Part shown: positions 43,648-52,927 of the stretch, one piece after another | Layout: the number at the start of each line of letters is the position of its first letter | How positions within the stretch are numbered: position 1 is the stretch's first letter | Assembly (NCBI GenBank): GCA_963708295.1 | Contig: CAVPSJ010000008.1 | Coordinates: 311,432-375,431 of the forward strand | From: an uncultured delta proteobacterium | Lineage (GTDB): Bacteria; Desulfobacterota; BSN033; UBA1163 | Reading direction: 5' to 3' | Length of the DNA: 64,000 nucleotides | Notes under the pieces: generated by a model | Told to the model about the DNA's origin: nothing | The model's input: only the letters and a program-made list of their open reading frames with translations | Databases searched by the model: none | Translations under genes and position numbers: made by a program

Positions 43648-44000
43648 CACCTGCCTAATCCAAATTCTTTATTTTTTTCACGCCTTTTGATTACAGCTCC
43701 TGAACAAAATGACAAAATCAATGAAATAATAATTGTTTAGGACGTCCAAAAGAAGGGTGCATGTTACGATATAGTACTTAAGGCAGACCAGGATAAGATG
43801 GAGAAGCAAGAAGATTCGACCCCTGGGTGGAGGTGGCAAGAAAAGAGAAGGCTATATTCTGATAGCAGTGCTTGATGCAAGCGTCCTCTGAAATGGCAGT
43901 TTGAAGACGAAGCCATGTCCGTTTTCCAATCGAGTAAGCCTAAAATTGAAACAATAGTTTTCTTAAAGAATTGAAATCTAAGAAATACTAGAAGGAATCC

Positions 44001-44387
44001 GTGAGAACGGAAGAAGAAGGAATCAAATCTCGTTACGGAACCGTGAATTTTGAAAAAAGAAGGCATCCCAGGTTTAATCTTGACCTGCCCGTTGAGTACA
44101 GTCGGGCTGACTTGCCCGCTGACCATGGGCGTGCAGTGAGTGCCATTGAGGGAGGACTGCTTCTCTATCTTCCGGAACTCATGAGGATGGGGAACCATCT
44201 GAGATTAAAGCTTTTTCTTACGACGGGTTCAGAATTGAATGCTTTTGAGACGCTGGTTGAGGTGGTCTGGGTGGAGATCCATCTGGAAAAAGATTGGGGA
44301 GATTATCGGACCGGTGTCAGGTTTGTCGAAATTTCCGCGGAAGGTCTGAGCAAGCTAAAGAGTTTCTTGAAATGCCTTTCGGGATGA
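44001..44387 (+). CDS. Stand-alone PilZ-domain protein
   Basis: EKRRHPRF, VEVVWV, YRTGVRF. Confidence 0.85.
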   Translation: MRTEEEGIKSRYGTVNFEKRRHPRFNLDLPVEYSRADLPADHGRAVSAIEGGLLLYLPELMRMGNHLRLKLFLTTGSELNAFETLVEVVWVEIHLEKDWGDYRTGVRFVEISAEGLSKLKSFLKCLSG

Positions 44388-44486
44388 TTCATCTGAGAAA
44401 AATAGCAAAAGCTGAAAGAGGCACTTTTTAGAGCGTATGATCCCGTAGATCCTTAAGATTTCTCATTCTTTTTCCAAATGAAAATA

Positions 44487-44520
44487 GGGGCGAGTCCGGC
44501 TGGACAGCCCCCTTTTTTTT
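44487..44520 (+). terminator. Rho-independent terminator
   Basis: GGGGCGAGTCC-GGCT-GGACAGCCCCC followed by T8. Confidence 0.75.
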
Positions 44521-44624
44521 GTTAGAGCCCCCGACGAATTTTATGGGTCAATCCGCTGATCCAAGTCGCAAAAGCCCGTTTGTCTTGATACTTCGACGGC
44601 GCCAAATCTCATCCCTCAGAACGG

Positions 44625-44780
44625 GGTCAAAAGCGCCGCTTCCATCAACAGGCCTTTCGGCAAGCTCAAGGCCCTGAGTCCATCGAAGGGCAGCATCAAC
44701 CCTGAGAGGCCCGCCCTTCTGTGTCCATAACCATTCTGTGGACAGTAGAAAAACTGGGGGCAAGGAGTCGAAGGGTTGAT
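44625..44780. repeat. Nested palindromic repeat cluster
   Basis: CCTTTCGGCAAGCTCAAGGCCCTGAGTCCATCGAAGGG hairpin (44653-44690) and a 45-nt unit (44712-44756) that is 40/45 identical to 52541-52585 in reverse orientation. Confidence 0.7.
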
Positions 44781-44875
44781 TTTTTGATCCTTATTTGATA
44801 TTCTTATTACCGATTTCACATGATGAGCGGTAGCAGTGTATTCCTTCACTCCTTCTCTTTTCGTAGATTCCAAGG

Positions 44876-45630
44876 ATGGCTGAACGATTGATAATCCTGG
44901 CGACCAACGATGATGGGATTCATTCGAAAGGCATGATCGTGTTGGCGAAGGCTCTCCAAGGCCTGGGGGATGTTTTTGTCGTTGCCCCGGACAGGGAGAA
45001 GAGTGCCGTTGCCCATTCTCTCACCCTTCACCGCCCCCTACGGGTGGAAAAGATTAAAAAGAATTTTTATGCCGTGGATGGTACCCCGGCCGACTGTGTC
45101 CATCTGGGGGTCAATGCCATCCTTCCCGAACGGCCTCGATTGATCGTCTCGGGTATTAACAAGGGCGGGAACCTGGGAGATGACATTACCTATTCCGGGA
45201 CTGTTTCAGCCGCTTTTGAGGGTACACTGCTGGGGATTCCTTCGTTCGCCATCTCCTTGGTCTCAAGGAGTCATTTCAAGTTTGATGGGGCGGCCCGCTT
45301 CGCCGCGAAAGTCGCACGCCAGATTCTTGAAAAAGGGCTTTTGAAAGATACGCTCCTCAATATCAACGTCCCGAATCTGGACGAAGAAAAAATCAAAACC
45401 TATAAGATCACCCAGCAGGGGAGATGGGTCCACAATGGAAGTGCGGTCATAGAGAAGGTAGATCCAAGAGGGAAAAAGTACTACTGGATCGGCGGGGGGA
45501 GCTTGTCTTTGACAAGAGGCGGGGCACGGATTTTGAGGCCGTGTCCCGTGGTTGTATCTCCATTACCCCCCTCCACCTTGACTTAACCCACTATCCATCG
45601 ATTGGGCCACTGAGAAAGTGGAGGCTTTAG
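44876..45630 (+). CDS. surE: 5'/3'-nucleotidase SurE, frameshift in the G-run at ~45497
   Basis: TNDDG, VAP..EKSA, GTPADCV, SGINKGGN, YSGTV; the shifted frame gives GTDFEAV..ISITPL.LDLT. Confidence 0.95.
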
Positions 45631-45723
45631 GCTCTCCCCAATCCTTCCATCCCACTCCCTTGGACGCGGGAGGATAAAAGGGGAGAGAGAGTCATCACGA
45701 TCTTCCCGAAGCATAAGGTTCTC

Positions 45724-47088
45724 ATGGGAAAACGGGTCTATATCGAGACTTATGGCTGTCAGATGAACGAGCATGACACGGAGCGGATCCTCCGGCTCTT
45801 AGAGGGTTCGCATTACTTCGAAACCAAAGACGCCCGAGAAGCCGATTTTATCCTGATTAACACCTGCAGCGTCAGGGAGAAGCCTGAGCATAAAGTCTAC
45901 AGCGCACTGGGGAGATTTAAATCGCTGAAGGAGGAGAAGGGGGCGATGATTGGGGTGACCGGGTGCGTCGCCCAACAGGAGGGGAACCGACTTTTGGAAA
46001 GAATTCCTTATCTGGACATGGTCGTTGGAACCCATGCCATTCCCATGCTTCCGTGGCTCTTACAGAGAATAGAATTTTCAGGAGAAAGAGTTTGCGAAAC
46101 GGGTGTTGACCCCGGGGGGAGCTATCTCGATGCCATCCTTCCTCGAGCGCCTCTGGATCACGTAAAGTCCTATGTGACCATCATGCAGGGGTGTGATCAC
46201 TTCTGCTCCTTCTGCATTGTTCCGTATGTCAGGGGAAGGGAACAAAGCCGACCCAGTCGAGACATTATCGAAGAGGTGGAGCACCTGGCGGAGATGGGTG
46301 TGAAGGAGGTTTGCCTCCTCGGGCAGAATGTAAACGGGTACGGGAAAGGGTTAAAAGAAGAAATTCGTTTTCCAGAACTCCTTCGCCGGATCGACGAAAT
46401 AAACGGAATCGACCGGATTCGGTTTACCACTTCCCATCCAAGGGATTTGTCCGAAGAGTTGATCCAAGCCTATTCGAACCTTGCCAAACTCTGCGAACAT
46501 ATCCATCTTCCTTTCCAATCCGGTTCGGATAACATCTTAAAAGCCATGCGCCGCGGATATACGAGAGAGCCCTATCTCGAGAAAATAGACCGTCTGAAAA
46601 AGGCCTGTCCTTCCATGGCGGTGACAGCGGATGTGATCGTAGGATTTCCGGGTGAGGAGGAAAAGGATTTTGAAGAAACGTTAGACCTGATTCGGAAGGT
46701 TCGATTCGACGACCTCTTCTCTTTTAAGTACTCACCGAGGAAGGGGACCCGGGCAGCCCAATTTACGGATAAAGTGGAAGAGAAAGTGAAGCAGGATCGG
46801 CTCGCTGTCCTTCAGGAGATACAGAAAGAAATTACTCTGCAAAAAAATCAGGAGTTGGAACGGGGTGTGAAGGAAGTATTGGTGGAAGGCCGAAGCAAAC
46901 AGAGTCCTCAAGACGTGACCGGAAGAACCCGATCCAACAAGATCGTCAATTTTAAAGGCGATTTAAGTCTGGTGGGGAAATTGGTTTCTGTCCGAATTAC
47001 CCAAGCCTATCCCCACTCACTCCGTGGGGCCATCTTGGATTCCGAGTTCGCCTGTTCCCCACAGTGCTTGTTTTGCCGGAGCAGCTAA
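45724..47088 (+). CDS. miaB: tRNA methylthiotransferase MiaB
   Basis: TYGCQMN, NTCSVRE, GCVAQ, CxxxCxxC (GCDHFCSFC), RFTTSHP, YSPRKGT, TRAM tail. Confidence 0.96.
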   Translation: MGKRVYIETYGCQMNEHDTERILRLLEGSHYFETKDAREADFILINTCSVREKPEHKVYSALGRFKSLKEEKGAMIGVTGCVAQQEGNRLLERIPYLDMVVGTHAIPMLPWLLQRIEFSGERVCETGVDPGGSYLDAILPRAPLDHVKSYVTIMQGCDHFCSFCIVPYVRGREQSRPSRDIIEEVEHLAEMGVKEVCLLGQNVNGYGKGLKEEIRFPELLRRIDEINGIDRIRFTTSHPRDLSEELIQAYSNLAKLCEHIHLPFQSGSDNILKAMRRGYTREPYLEKIDRLKKACPSMAVTADVIVGFPGEEEKDFEETLDLIRKVRFDDLFSFKYSPRKGTRAAQFTDKVEEKVKQDRLAVLQEIQKEITLQKNQELERGVKEVLVEGRSKQSPQDVTGRTRSNKIVNFKGDLSLVGKLVSVRITQAYPHSLRGAILDSEFACSPQCLFCRSS

Positions 47089-47127
47089 GCGACGCGGGCC
47101 AGAGGCGCTGCCCTGAAAGGAGACATC

Positions 47128-48117
47128 ATGATCCGATTCGAACAAACCTTTATGAATTTCCTTCTCCAGCACCAGGAGAAACATAACCGCACCTATCATT
47201 TCCTCATCCTCATGGATGCGATGATCAGTGCGGCGAAGCATATCCAGCATTACTATCTGACGGGTGCGTTAAAAGGAAACCTGGGCTTAGCAGGGGACGT
47301 AAACGTCCAGGGGGAGGATGTGATGCGTATGGATCAGATCGCCCAGGAGATCACGATTCATTACTTGAAGGCCTCGGGTCGGGTCATTCAAGCGATCAGC
47401 GAGGAGTCGGAAGAGATCATTTCGATCGATCCTGAGGGAGGGCGCTATTTTGTCTATTTTGACCCCCTGGATGGCTCATCGAATATCCCCCATGGGTTGC
47501 CGGTCGGTTTTCTCTTTGGGATTGCGAAGCGCAATCTGGAAGGCCCCGAGGATGGCCACTTGAGGGCCGGAAAAGATTACATCGCCGCGGGCATGTTTGT
47601 GATCCCCACCGGAACGTTTACCCTTGGGCTGAAGGATTCAGGAACCTGGCGGTTTCACATCGATGAGACAATGACTTTTGTCAGGCCGACCCGGATGATA
47701 CTTCCTGAAGATACTAAAAGCTGGGAATTATCGTTTAACGCCTCCAACCGGAACACTTATGCGGAGTGGGTTCAGAAATGGATCTCGGACAATGAAAGCA
47801 AATATGCTTTCAGGTACCTCGGAGCATTAGCCGGAGACTTTCACAGGGTTTTGGCCAATGGCGGCATGTTTATGTACCCGGCCATCGTCAATCATCCGAA
47901 TCCCAAAAAAAACCGTCCAGAGGGAAAACTGCGCCTCATGTACGAGGGAGCGGTCGTGGCCTTCATGTGCCGCGAAGCGGGTGGAACAGCAGTCAATGAA
48001 GCGGGAATTCCCATCCTTGAGATCGAGCCGAAGAAACATCATCAACGGACCGCGCTCTACGTAGGTTCCAAGAAATTGGTAGAAGACATCGCCCGGGTGT
48101 TAAAAGCAAAAGGTTAG
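47128..48117 (+). CDS. fbp: Class I fructose-1,6-bisphosphatase
   Basis: NVQGE, SEE, FDPLDGSSN, RYLG..GDFHR, GKLRLMYE. Confidence 0.92.
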   Translation: MIRFEQTFMNFLLQHQEKHNRTYHFLILMDAMISAAKHIQHYYLTGALKGNLGLAGDVNVQGEDVMRMDQIAQEITIHYLKASGRVIQAISEESEEIISIDPEGGRYFVYFDPLDGSSNIPHGLPVGFLFGIAKRNLEGPEDGHLRAGKDYIAAGMFVIPTGTFTLGLKDSGTWRFHIDETMTFVRPTRMILPEDTKSWELSFNASNRNTYAEWVQKWISDNESKYAFRYLGALAGDFHRVLANGGMFMYPAIVNHPNPKKNRPEGKLRLMYEGAVVAFMCREAGGTAVNEAGIPILEIEPKKHHQRTALYVGSKKLVEDIARVLKAKG

Positions 48118-48207
48118 AACCAAGGGGAAGGTTGAGATTCCTGATTGAAGAGTTGAAGAGTCGAATGATGAATCACCCACACCAGTCACGACGGAAGGAG
48201 AGAGGCC

Positions 48208-49500
48208 ATGGCGAAGAGAAAAGTTTCAAAAGCCGATTTTAAGAAAGCCATTGAGATAGGACGGCCGCCGAATATCAAGAAGCTTTTTCCCAACTCAAAA
48301 GCCTTGATCGTGAGCGGTAAAGTGGTCGATCGAGCCATGATTGCCAAGGGGAAAGCAATCGCTATGGCAGCAAACGGCAGGAATCAATTTGTCATCCGGG
48401 GAGCCCTAAAAGCCGCCCAGCGTGCCAACGCTCCTGTGATTATCGAGATCGCTAAATCGGAAGGAGGCGCAAAGGCTTATTGTGCGGTGAGCTACTGGAA
48501 TATGGCCATGCTTGTCGATACCATCTGCAACGAGCTTGGAATTACCATTCCGGTGGCGATTCATGCCGACCATTATGGGATCAAGAGTGATAAGGATCTT
48601 GAGGCAGCCAAGGTGGAAATCCCGAGCTTCTTTGAGGCGGGCATGACCTCCGTTGCCGTCGATGCCTCCCATCTTCCGGACGACAAAAACCTCTTGGCCA
48701 ATATTGCCATCAACCCCTTCATCCCGAGATGGGCGGGCCTTGAAACAGAAGTGGGTGAGATCAAAGGGGAGGAAGGACTTTCTACAGTGGAAGAGGCCCT
48801 GTTTCTCATCCAGGGGCTCAATGCCCATGACATCCTCCCGGACTGGATCGCATTGAACAACGGGACGACCCATGGGATCGAGGAGAAAGATTCCGGGATC
48901 CAGGTGCAACTGACCGCGGATATCCATAAGGCATTAGAAAAATATAAGGTCTCTGGTGCCCAGCATGGAACCTCAGGGAACAGCTCCGAAAGACTTCGCC
49001 AAATTGTTGCCAAGACTCATACGACAAAAGCCAATGTTGCCACAGCCCTCCAGATGATCTCATGGGGTGTTCAGGTGAATGATTACGGAAATGCCATTCT
49101 GGATTCGAATGGAAATTTCAGCAAAGTGAAAGGAGAAGGCGTTTCTGAAGAAATGTGGACAGAGATGGCGGCTTATGCCCAGTCGAAGAGCTGGAAGAAG
49201 GGAGACTATAAAAACCTTAACCTCCCGTTCGAAAATAAACTGCTTGCCCAGCCCGGAGAGATCAGAGACCGGATGGTGAAAGAGGTAGAAGACTTTGCTT
49301 ACAAGATGATGACGGAAGTCTTCAACTCCGAGGATACCGCTCCTCTGGCCATCGAGGCGATTTTAAAGGCAGGTTCCTGTGATCTCGGTCCTAAAGTGAC
49401 CAGGATAGAAAACCCTTCGGAATGGACAGAAATCAAGATCGCAGAACGAGCTTCCCGTCTTGGGGCCGATAAAGGACCCGCCGGCAAATTCGATGATTAA
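48208..49500 (+). CDS. fba: Class II fructose-bisphosphate aldolase
   Basis: HADH, DASH, ETEVGEI, NGTTHG, AQHGTSG, KANVAT; follows fbp. Confidence 0.85.
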   Translation: MAKRKVSKADFKKAIEIGRPPNIKKLFPNSKALIVSGKVVDRAMIAKGKAIAMAANGRNQFVIRGALKAAQRANAPVIIEIAKSEGGAKAYCAVSYWNMAMLVDTICNELGITIPVAIHADHYGIKSDKDLEAAKVEIPSFFEAGMTSVAVDASHLPDDKNLLANIAINPFIPRWAGLETEVGEIKGEEGLSTVEEALFLIQGLNAHDILPDWIALNNGTTHGIEEKDSGIQVQLTADIHKALEKYKVSGAQHGTSGNSSERLRQIVAKTHTTKANVATALQMISWGVQVNDYGNAILDSNGNFSKVKGEGVSEEMWTEMAAYAQSKSWKKGDYKNLNLPFENKLLAQPGEIRDRMVKEVEDFAYKMMTEVFNSEDTAPLAIEAILKAGSCDLGPKVTRIENPSEWTEIKIAERASRLGADKGPAGKFDD

Positions 49501-49595
49501 AAAACGGCATTGCGGATTGCAGAATGGCTGAATTCAGGAGTTTTCGGTCTGGCGATTGAGGTTCGAGGCTCTGAACTCCGAACCCAAGACTTCCA

Positions 49596-50222
49596 TCAGG
49601 TATGTTTCATCACGATACTCGAAATAATGTCGGCGGCCTCGTCTCCTCGGTCGGCGGCGTTGCTGAGATGGCGATAAATCTCCCGCATCTTCAGCATGTA
49701 GACCGTATCCGTCCCCTTGAAGAGGTGAGCCAGCGCTAAATGATACGCCTTTTCCATCTGGTTCTCATAAGATTTTGCTTTGACGGCATGTTCCAGAGAG
49801 ATCTTAGGATAGTCTTTTAGGATTTTGACTGCGTCGTTTAACTCTCTGGCCACATGGCGGAGGATGTTGACCATCTCTTTGATGTGTTCGTCTCCCCTGA
49901 CCTCGTAAATCTCCATTTCGTCCACCGTCGTGTTTGCATAGTCTACGACATCGTCGACGGTCCGTGAGAGAGCATAGATGTCCTCCCGGTCCAGTGGAGT
50001 CACGAAAGTTTGATCCAGCTCTTCGACGAGGATTCGCCTCAGTTCATCGGCCTCCCGTTCGATATTTCGGACAAGGTTAGCATTTTCCTTCGATTCGTTT
50101 TCCACAAAGTTCCAAAGGGCCTCGAGACCCTCCAGGGTTTTGGAAGCCTGACGAGAAAGGATATCGAAGAAGCGGCTTTGACTGCTTTGAAATGGCTTTC
50201 GCCTTTTGAAACCAAATACCAT
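49596..50222 (-). CDS. DUF47 (PhoU-like) phosphate transport regulator
   Basis: EREAD, TFVTPLDREDI..L...DDVVD, REIY..L..AADR. Confidence 0.88.
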   Translation of the reverse strand: MVFGFKRRKPFQSSQSRFFDILSRQASKTLEGLEALWNFVENESKENANLVRNIEREADELRRILVEELDQTFVTPLDREDIYALSRTVDDVVDYANTTVDEMEIYEVRGDEHIKEMVNILRHVARELNDAVKILKDYPKISLEHAVKAKSYENQMEKAYHLALAHLFKGTDTVYMLKMREIYRHLSNAADRGDEAADIISSIVMKHT

Positions 50223-50289
50223 CTTCCTCTCCTTCACTAAGTGAGCTTTGAGCGATTATTAATGATATCACATTTTTAACTACTTTCGT

Positions 50290-51321
50290 TCAGGAAACCA
50301 GGGAGAGAAGTTCCTTCAGATCTTCGATCACCAGATCCGCACCGGCGTTGATCAAAGAATCCTTCATTGCCCGCCGGTTGGTATACCCCCGGATAAAACC
50401 CACGGCAAGTATGGGCAGGTTCCTTTTGGCTGCTTGGGCGGCCTCCATGTCGTCGACCACATCTCCCACATATCCACACCGGGGGTTGGAGACGCCTATT
50501 TCTTCAATAGCCCTCAAGATGGGGTAAGCGCTGGGTTTTGAGCATTTTCTCCTCTTTCCTGTTGAACGAAAGATATGATTTTCCTCTTCCGTACACTCGT
50601 CGAGAGTCACCACGCTATCGAAATAGGGGCGGAGACGAAAACGTTTCAGGGCCAGCTCGGCTTCATCCCTGGGCCGGCCGCTGGCAATGCCCATCCGGAC
50701 TTTCCGGCGAAGAGAGGAGAGGATCTTTTTGGGAATCAAAAGTCGCTCCTGCTCGAACAACCCCTTTCCCTTGTAGAAAATGGGGCGAAGGTGGTAATAA
50801 GAGGCGAACTTTTTTCCCAGATAGAGTTCCTGAAAAATCCTTTTGACGAGATTTTCCTTCTCAAGATCTCCTATCCCGTAGACCCAGCCTTGCCAGGAAG
50901 TTCCTAATATCCGGCGAATCCCTCTCAACCCTCCCCCTGAAGTTTTGAGCTTTTCTAAGAAAGAAAGGAGGGGCTTCCGTCCCGTTCGGAAGGCATGATT
51001 CGGACGAGACAGGGAGGATCTTGTCTTGAGATAAGAGAGCGTCTCTTGAATGGAAGAGAACCTTTTCAGATTTCGAAGAGAAGAGATACCCGAAAGGGAG
51101 AGGACATAAAGGAGGAGCCCGGAGGTCAAATCCCAGTCGTTATTGAAGCCGCCGGCTGATTTGAACAGTGATATTTCTTCATGGGTAATCCAATCTTCTC
51201 TTGTTCTTTTGAATCCCAGGCAGGTTTCCATATAGATTTGGACGGTTTTCTGGATGGTTTTGCGGTAAGACTTTGAAACGTCTATCAGAACTCCGTCCAT
51301 ATCGAAAATCAAGATATCCAT
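50290..51321 (-). CDS. HAD-superfamily hydrolase (TIGR01548-like)
   Basis: FDMDGVLIDVSKSYR, GGFNNDWD, SGRP, KP, YVGDVVDD. Confidence 0.85.
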   Translation of the reverse strand: MDILIFDMDGVLIDVSKSYRKTIQKTVQIYMETCLGFKRTREDWITHEEISLFKSAGGFNNDWDLTSGLLLYVLSLSGISSLRNLKRFSSIQETLSYLKTRSSLSRPNHAFRTGRKPLLSFLEKLKTSGGGLRGIRRILGTSWQGWVYGIGDLEKENLVKRIFQELYLGKKFASYYHLRPIFYKGKGLFEQERLLIPKKILSSLRRKVRMGIASGRPRDEAELALKRFRLRPYFDSVVTLDECTEEENHIFRSTGKRRKCSKPSAYPILRAIEEIGVSNPRCGYVGDVVDDMEAAQAAKRNLPILAVGFIRGYTNRRAMKDSLINAGADLVIEDLKELLSLVS

Positions 51322-51327
51322 GGGAAA

Positions 51328-51540
51328 ACAAAATTTCAAATTTCAAGATCTCCCGCCAAAGCGGGATCAAATGAACGTCAAAATTCAAATGTTAAATTCC
51401 AAAAAAAGAGGTTTTGATATTGGACCTTTGAATTTGACCGGCACGTGTCCCGCAAGCCCCGCCCTGCGGGCGGGAGCTTCATTTTTAAATTGATTCACCT
51501 GCGGTTCATCACTTCGTGCGGGCTTTGGCATTTGAAATGC
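51328..51540. repeat. Degenerate heptamer inverted-repeat region containing family A copy 2 (51435-51480)
   Basis: AAATTTC/AAATTC runs on the left, TTTGA/TTTGG runs on the right; embedded TCCCGC-CAAA-GCGGGA and GCCCCGCCC-TGC-GGGCGGG hairpins. Confidence 0.6.
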
Positions 51541-51570
51541 CTTCACTCAAATTGAATGATTAGCCTCAAC

Positions 51571-52271
51571 CTATCCCCTTCCAATCTCATCCATGACCGC
51601 CTGCACTAGACTACCCACATCTAATCCCTGCATCCGGTAAAGCTCATCCGGTTTCCCGGAACTTCCTGGGCCATAATTTCTTGATCCACTCCGCTGATTT
51701 GTCTGCAGTTGAAGTCGACGATCACGGTCAGGTTGCTAAGGCCGTATTTTATGGCAAACCGACGGGCCTCAGAAATCTGGCCTTTCTGCTGCTCTCCACA
51801 GCCCATGGTGACAAAGACGTGCAAATCTTTTTTTAGCATCTTGGCCCCCAGGGCAAAACCACATCCCGCCGACAATCCCTGTCCCAAATTGCCGGTATTC
51901 CACTCCACCCCGGGAATTCCTTTCTCCACATGTCCCTCAAACGGGCTCCCTGCCTTGCGAAAGGTGGTCAGCCCCGCATCCAAAGGAAAGAAGCCTAGCC
52001 GGCCGAGAGCTGCATAAACTCCGGGGGAGGTATGGCCATGGCTGATGACGATCCGGTCTCTGTTTGGATCTGAGGAAGATTGCGGATGAACATTGGCATA
52101 CGAATAGAGAACGAGATAGAAATCAATGGATGACATGGACCCTCCGGGATGTCCTGACGCGGCAAGGGTGGTCATTTTCAATATATCACCTCTCGATCGT
52201 CTCGCCAGTTCGGATAGTTTATCGAGGGATTCTTGATCCAACCTTTCAGCCTCAAATCTTTTCCCGGCCAT
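51571..52271 (-). pseudogene. tkt: Transketolase with a large internal deletion
   Basis: N-terminal SGHPGGS, DRIVISHGH, EGH, GNLGQG, GEQQKGQ; after ~200 codons it joins, out of frame, a C-terminus-like GSSGKPDELYRMQGLDVGSLVQAVMDEIGRG*. Confidence 0.8.
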
Positions 52272-52499
52272 TCTTGTCCTCCATCATTAGAGTGAAAATT
52301 ACGTAAGGCATGGGGGCCTTCCTTCAGAAGCCCTGAAGGGAACGGGCATCCCTTAGACAGAAAGCCTCATTCGCCCCCCAACGCTAATCGCAGAATACTC
52401 ATAGCATATCCAATCCCTTTTTGGGAAGGGGCGTGATTGGCTATCGCTCGCTTTCTCGACCATCTGCTCGTCCCGTTGTTAGAATTTCTGCCCCCTTTC

Positions 52500-52700
52500 T
52501 CCATTGTGACACGGTTTCCGTTCGGCGGAGTGCCCACCGGCAGTTTTTCTTCTGTACACAGAATGGTTATCGACACAGAGAGGCGAGTTTGAAGCTTGCC
52601 CCCTCGGGGCGGCGTCCTGCAGCAGGGGCAATGTATTCTCACCCGTATTGTGCCCCTTGACTCCTCCTGAAGGTGGAGTCAAGGCACGTTCCAGCCAGAA
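52500..52700. repeat. Nested repeat cluster (45-nt unit 52541-52585; family A copy 3 at 52647-52696)
   Basis: Direct comparison with 44712-44756 and 39047-39100; hairpin TTGACTCC-TCCTGAAGGT-GGAGTCAA. Confidence 0.65.
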
Positions 52701-52815
52701 CCTTCAGGAAGAGTAGGATTGAATTTCATTGAGGGTCCTGATCCCGATTACCTCAACGCGGGCCTGATGAAGCCTCGGAGGGATTTACCCTTGGGCGGGC
52801 AAGGAGCCGGCGGTG

Positions 52816-52842
52816 TTGACAATTCTTGAATTTGGATATAAT
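52816..52842 (+). promoter_or_regulatory. Possible sigma70 promoter for ald
   Basis: TTGACA-N15-TATAAT; consensus hexamers but a short spacer. Confidence 0.45.
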
Positions 52843-52927
52843 AGGCTATTTGGAAAGCAATCGCTGTGAGAGAGAAAAGGGGCGATACGACCCGACGTTG
52901 GTCGAGATATCTGGCAAGGGGGGGACG

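Noticed and set aside
44826-44838. ops-like GCGGTAGCAGTG before surE, and weaker matches at ~20915 and ~25065
   Set aside because: Incomplete cores, one outside the EPS locus; may be chance, which also tempers the ops call
52272-52440. TPP riboswitch upstream of transketolase
   Set aside because: Hairpins are present but the conserved CUGAGA and downstream core are absent
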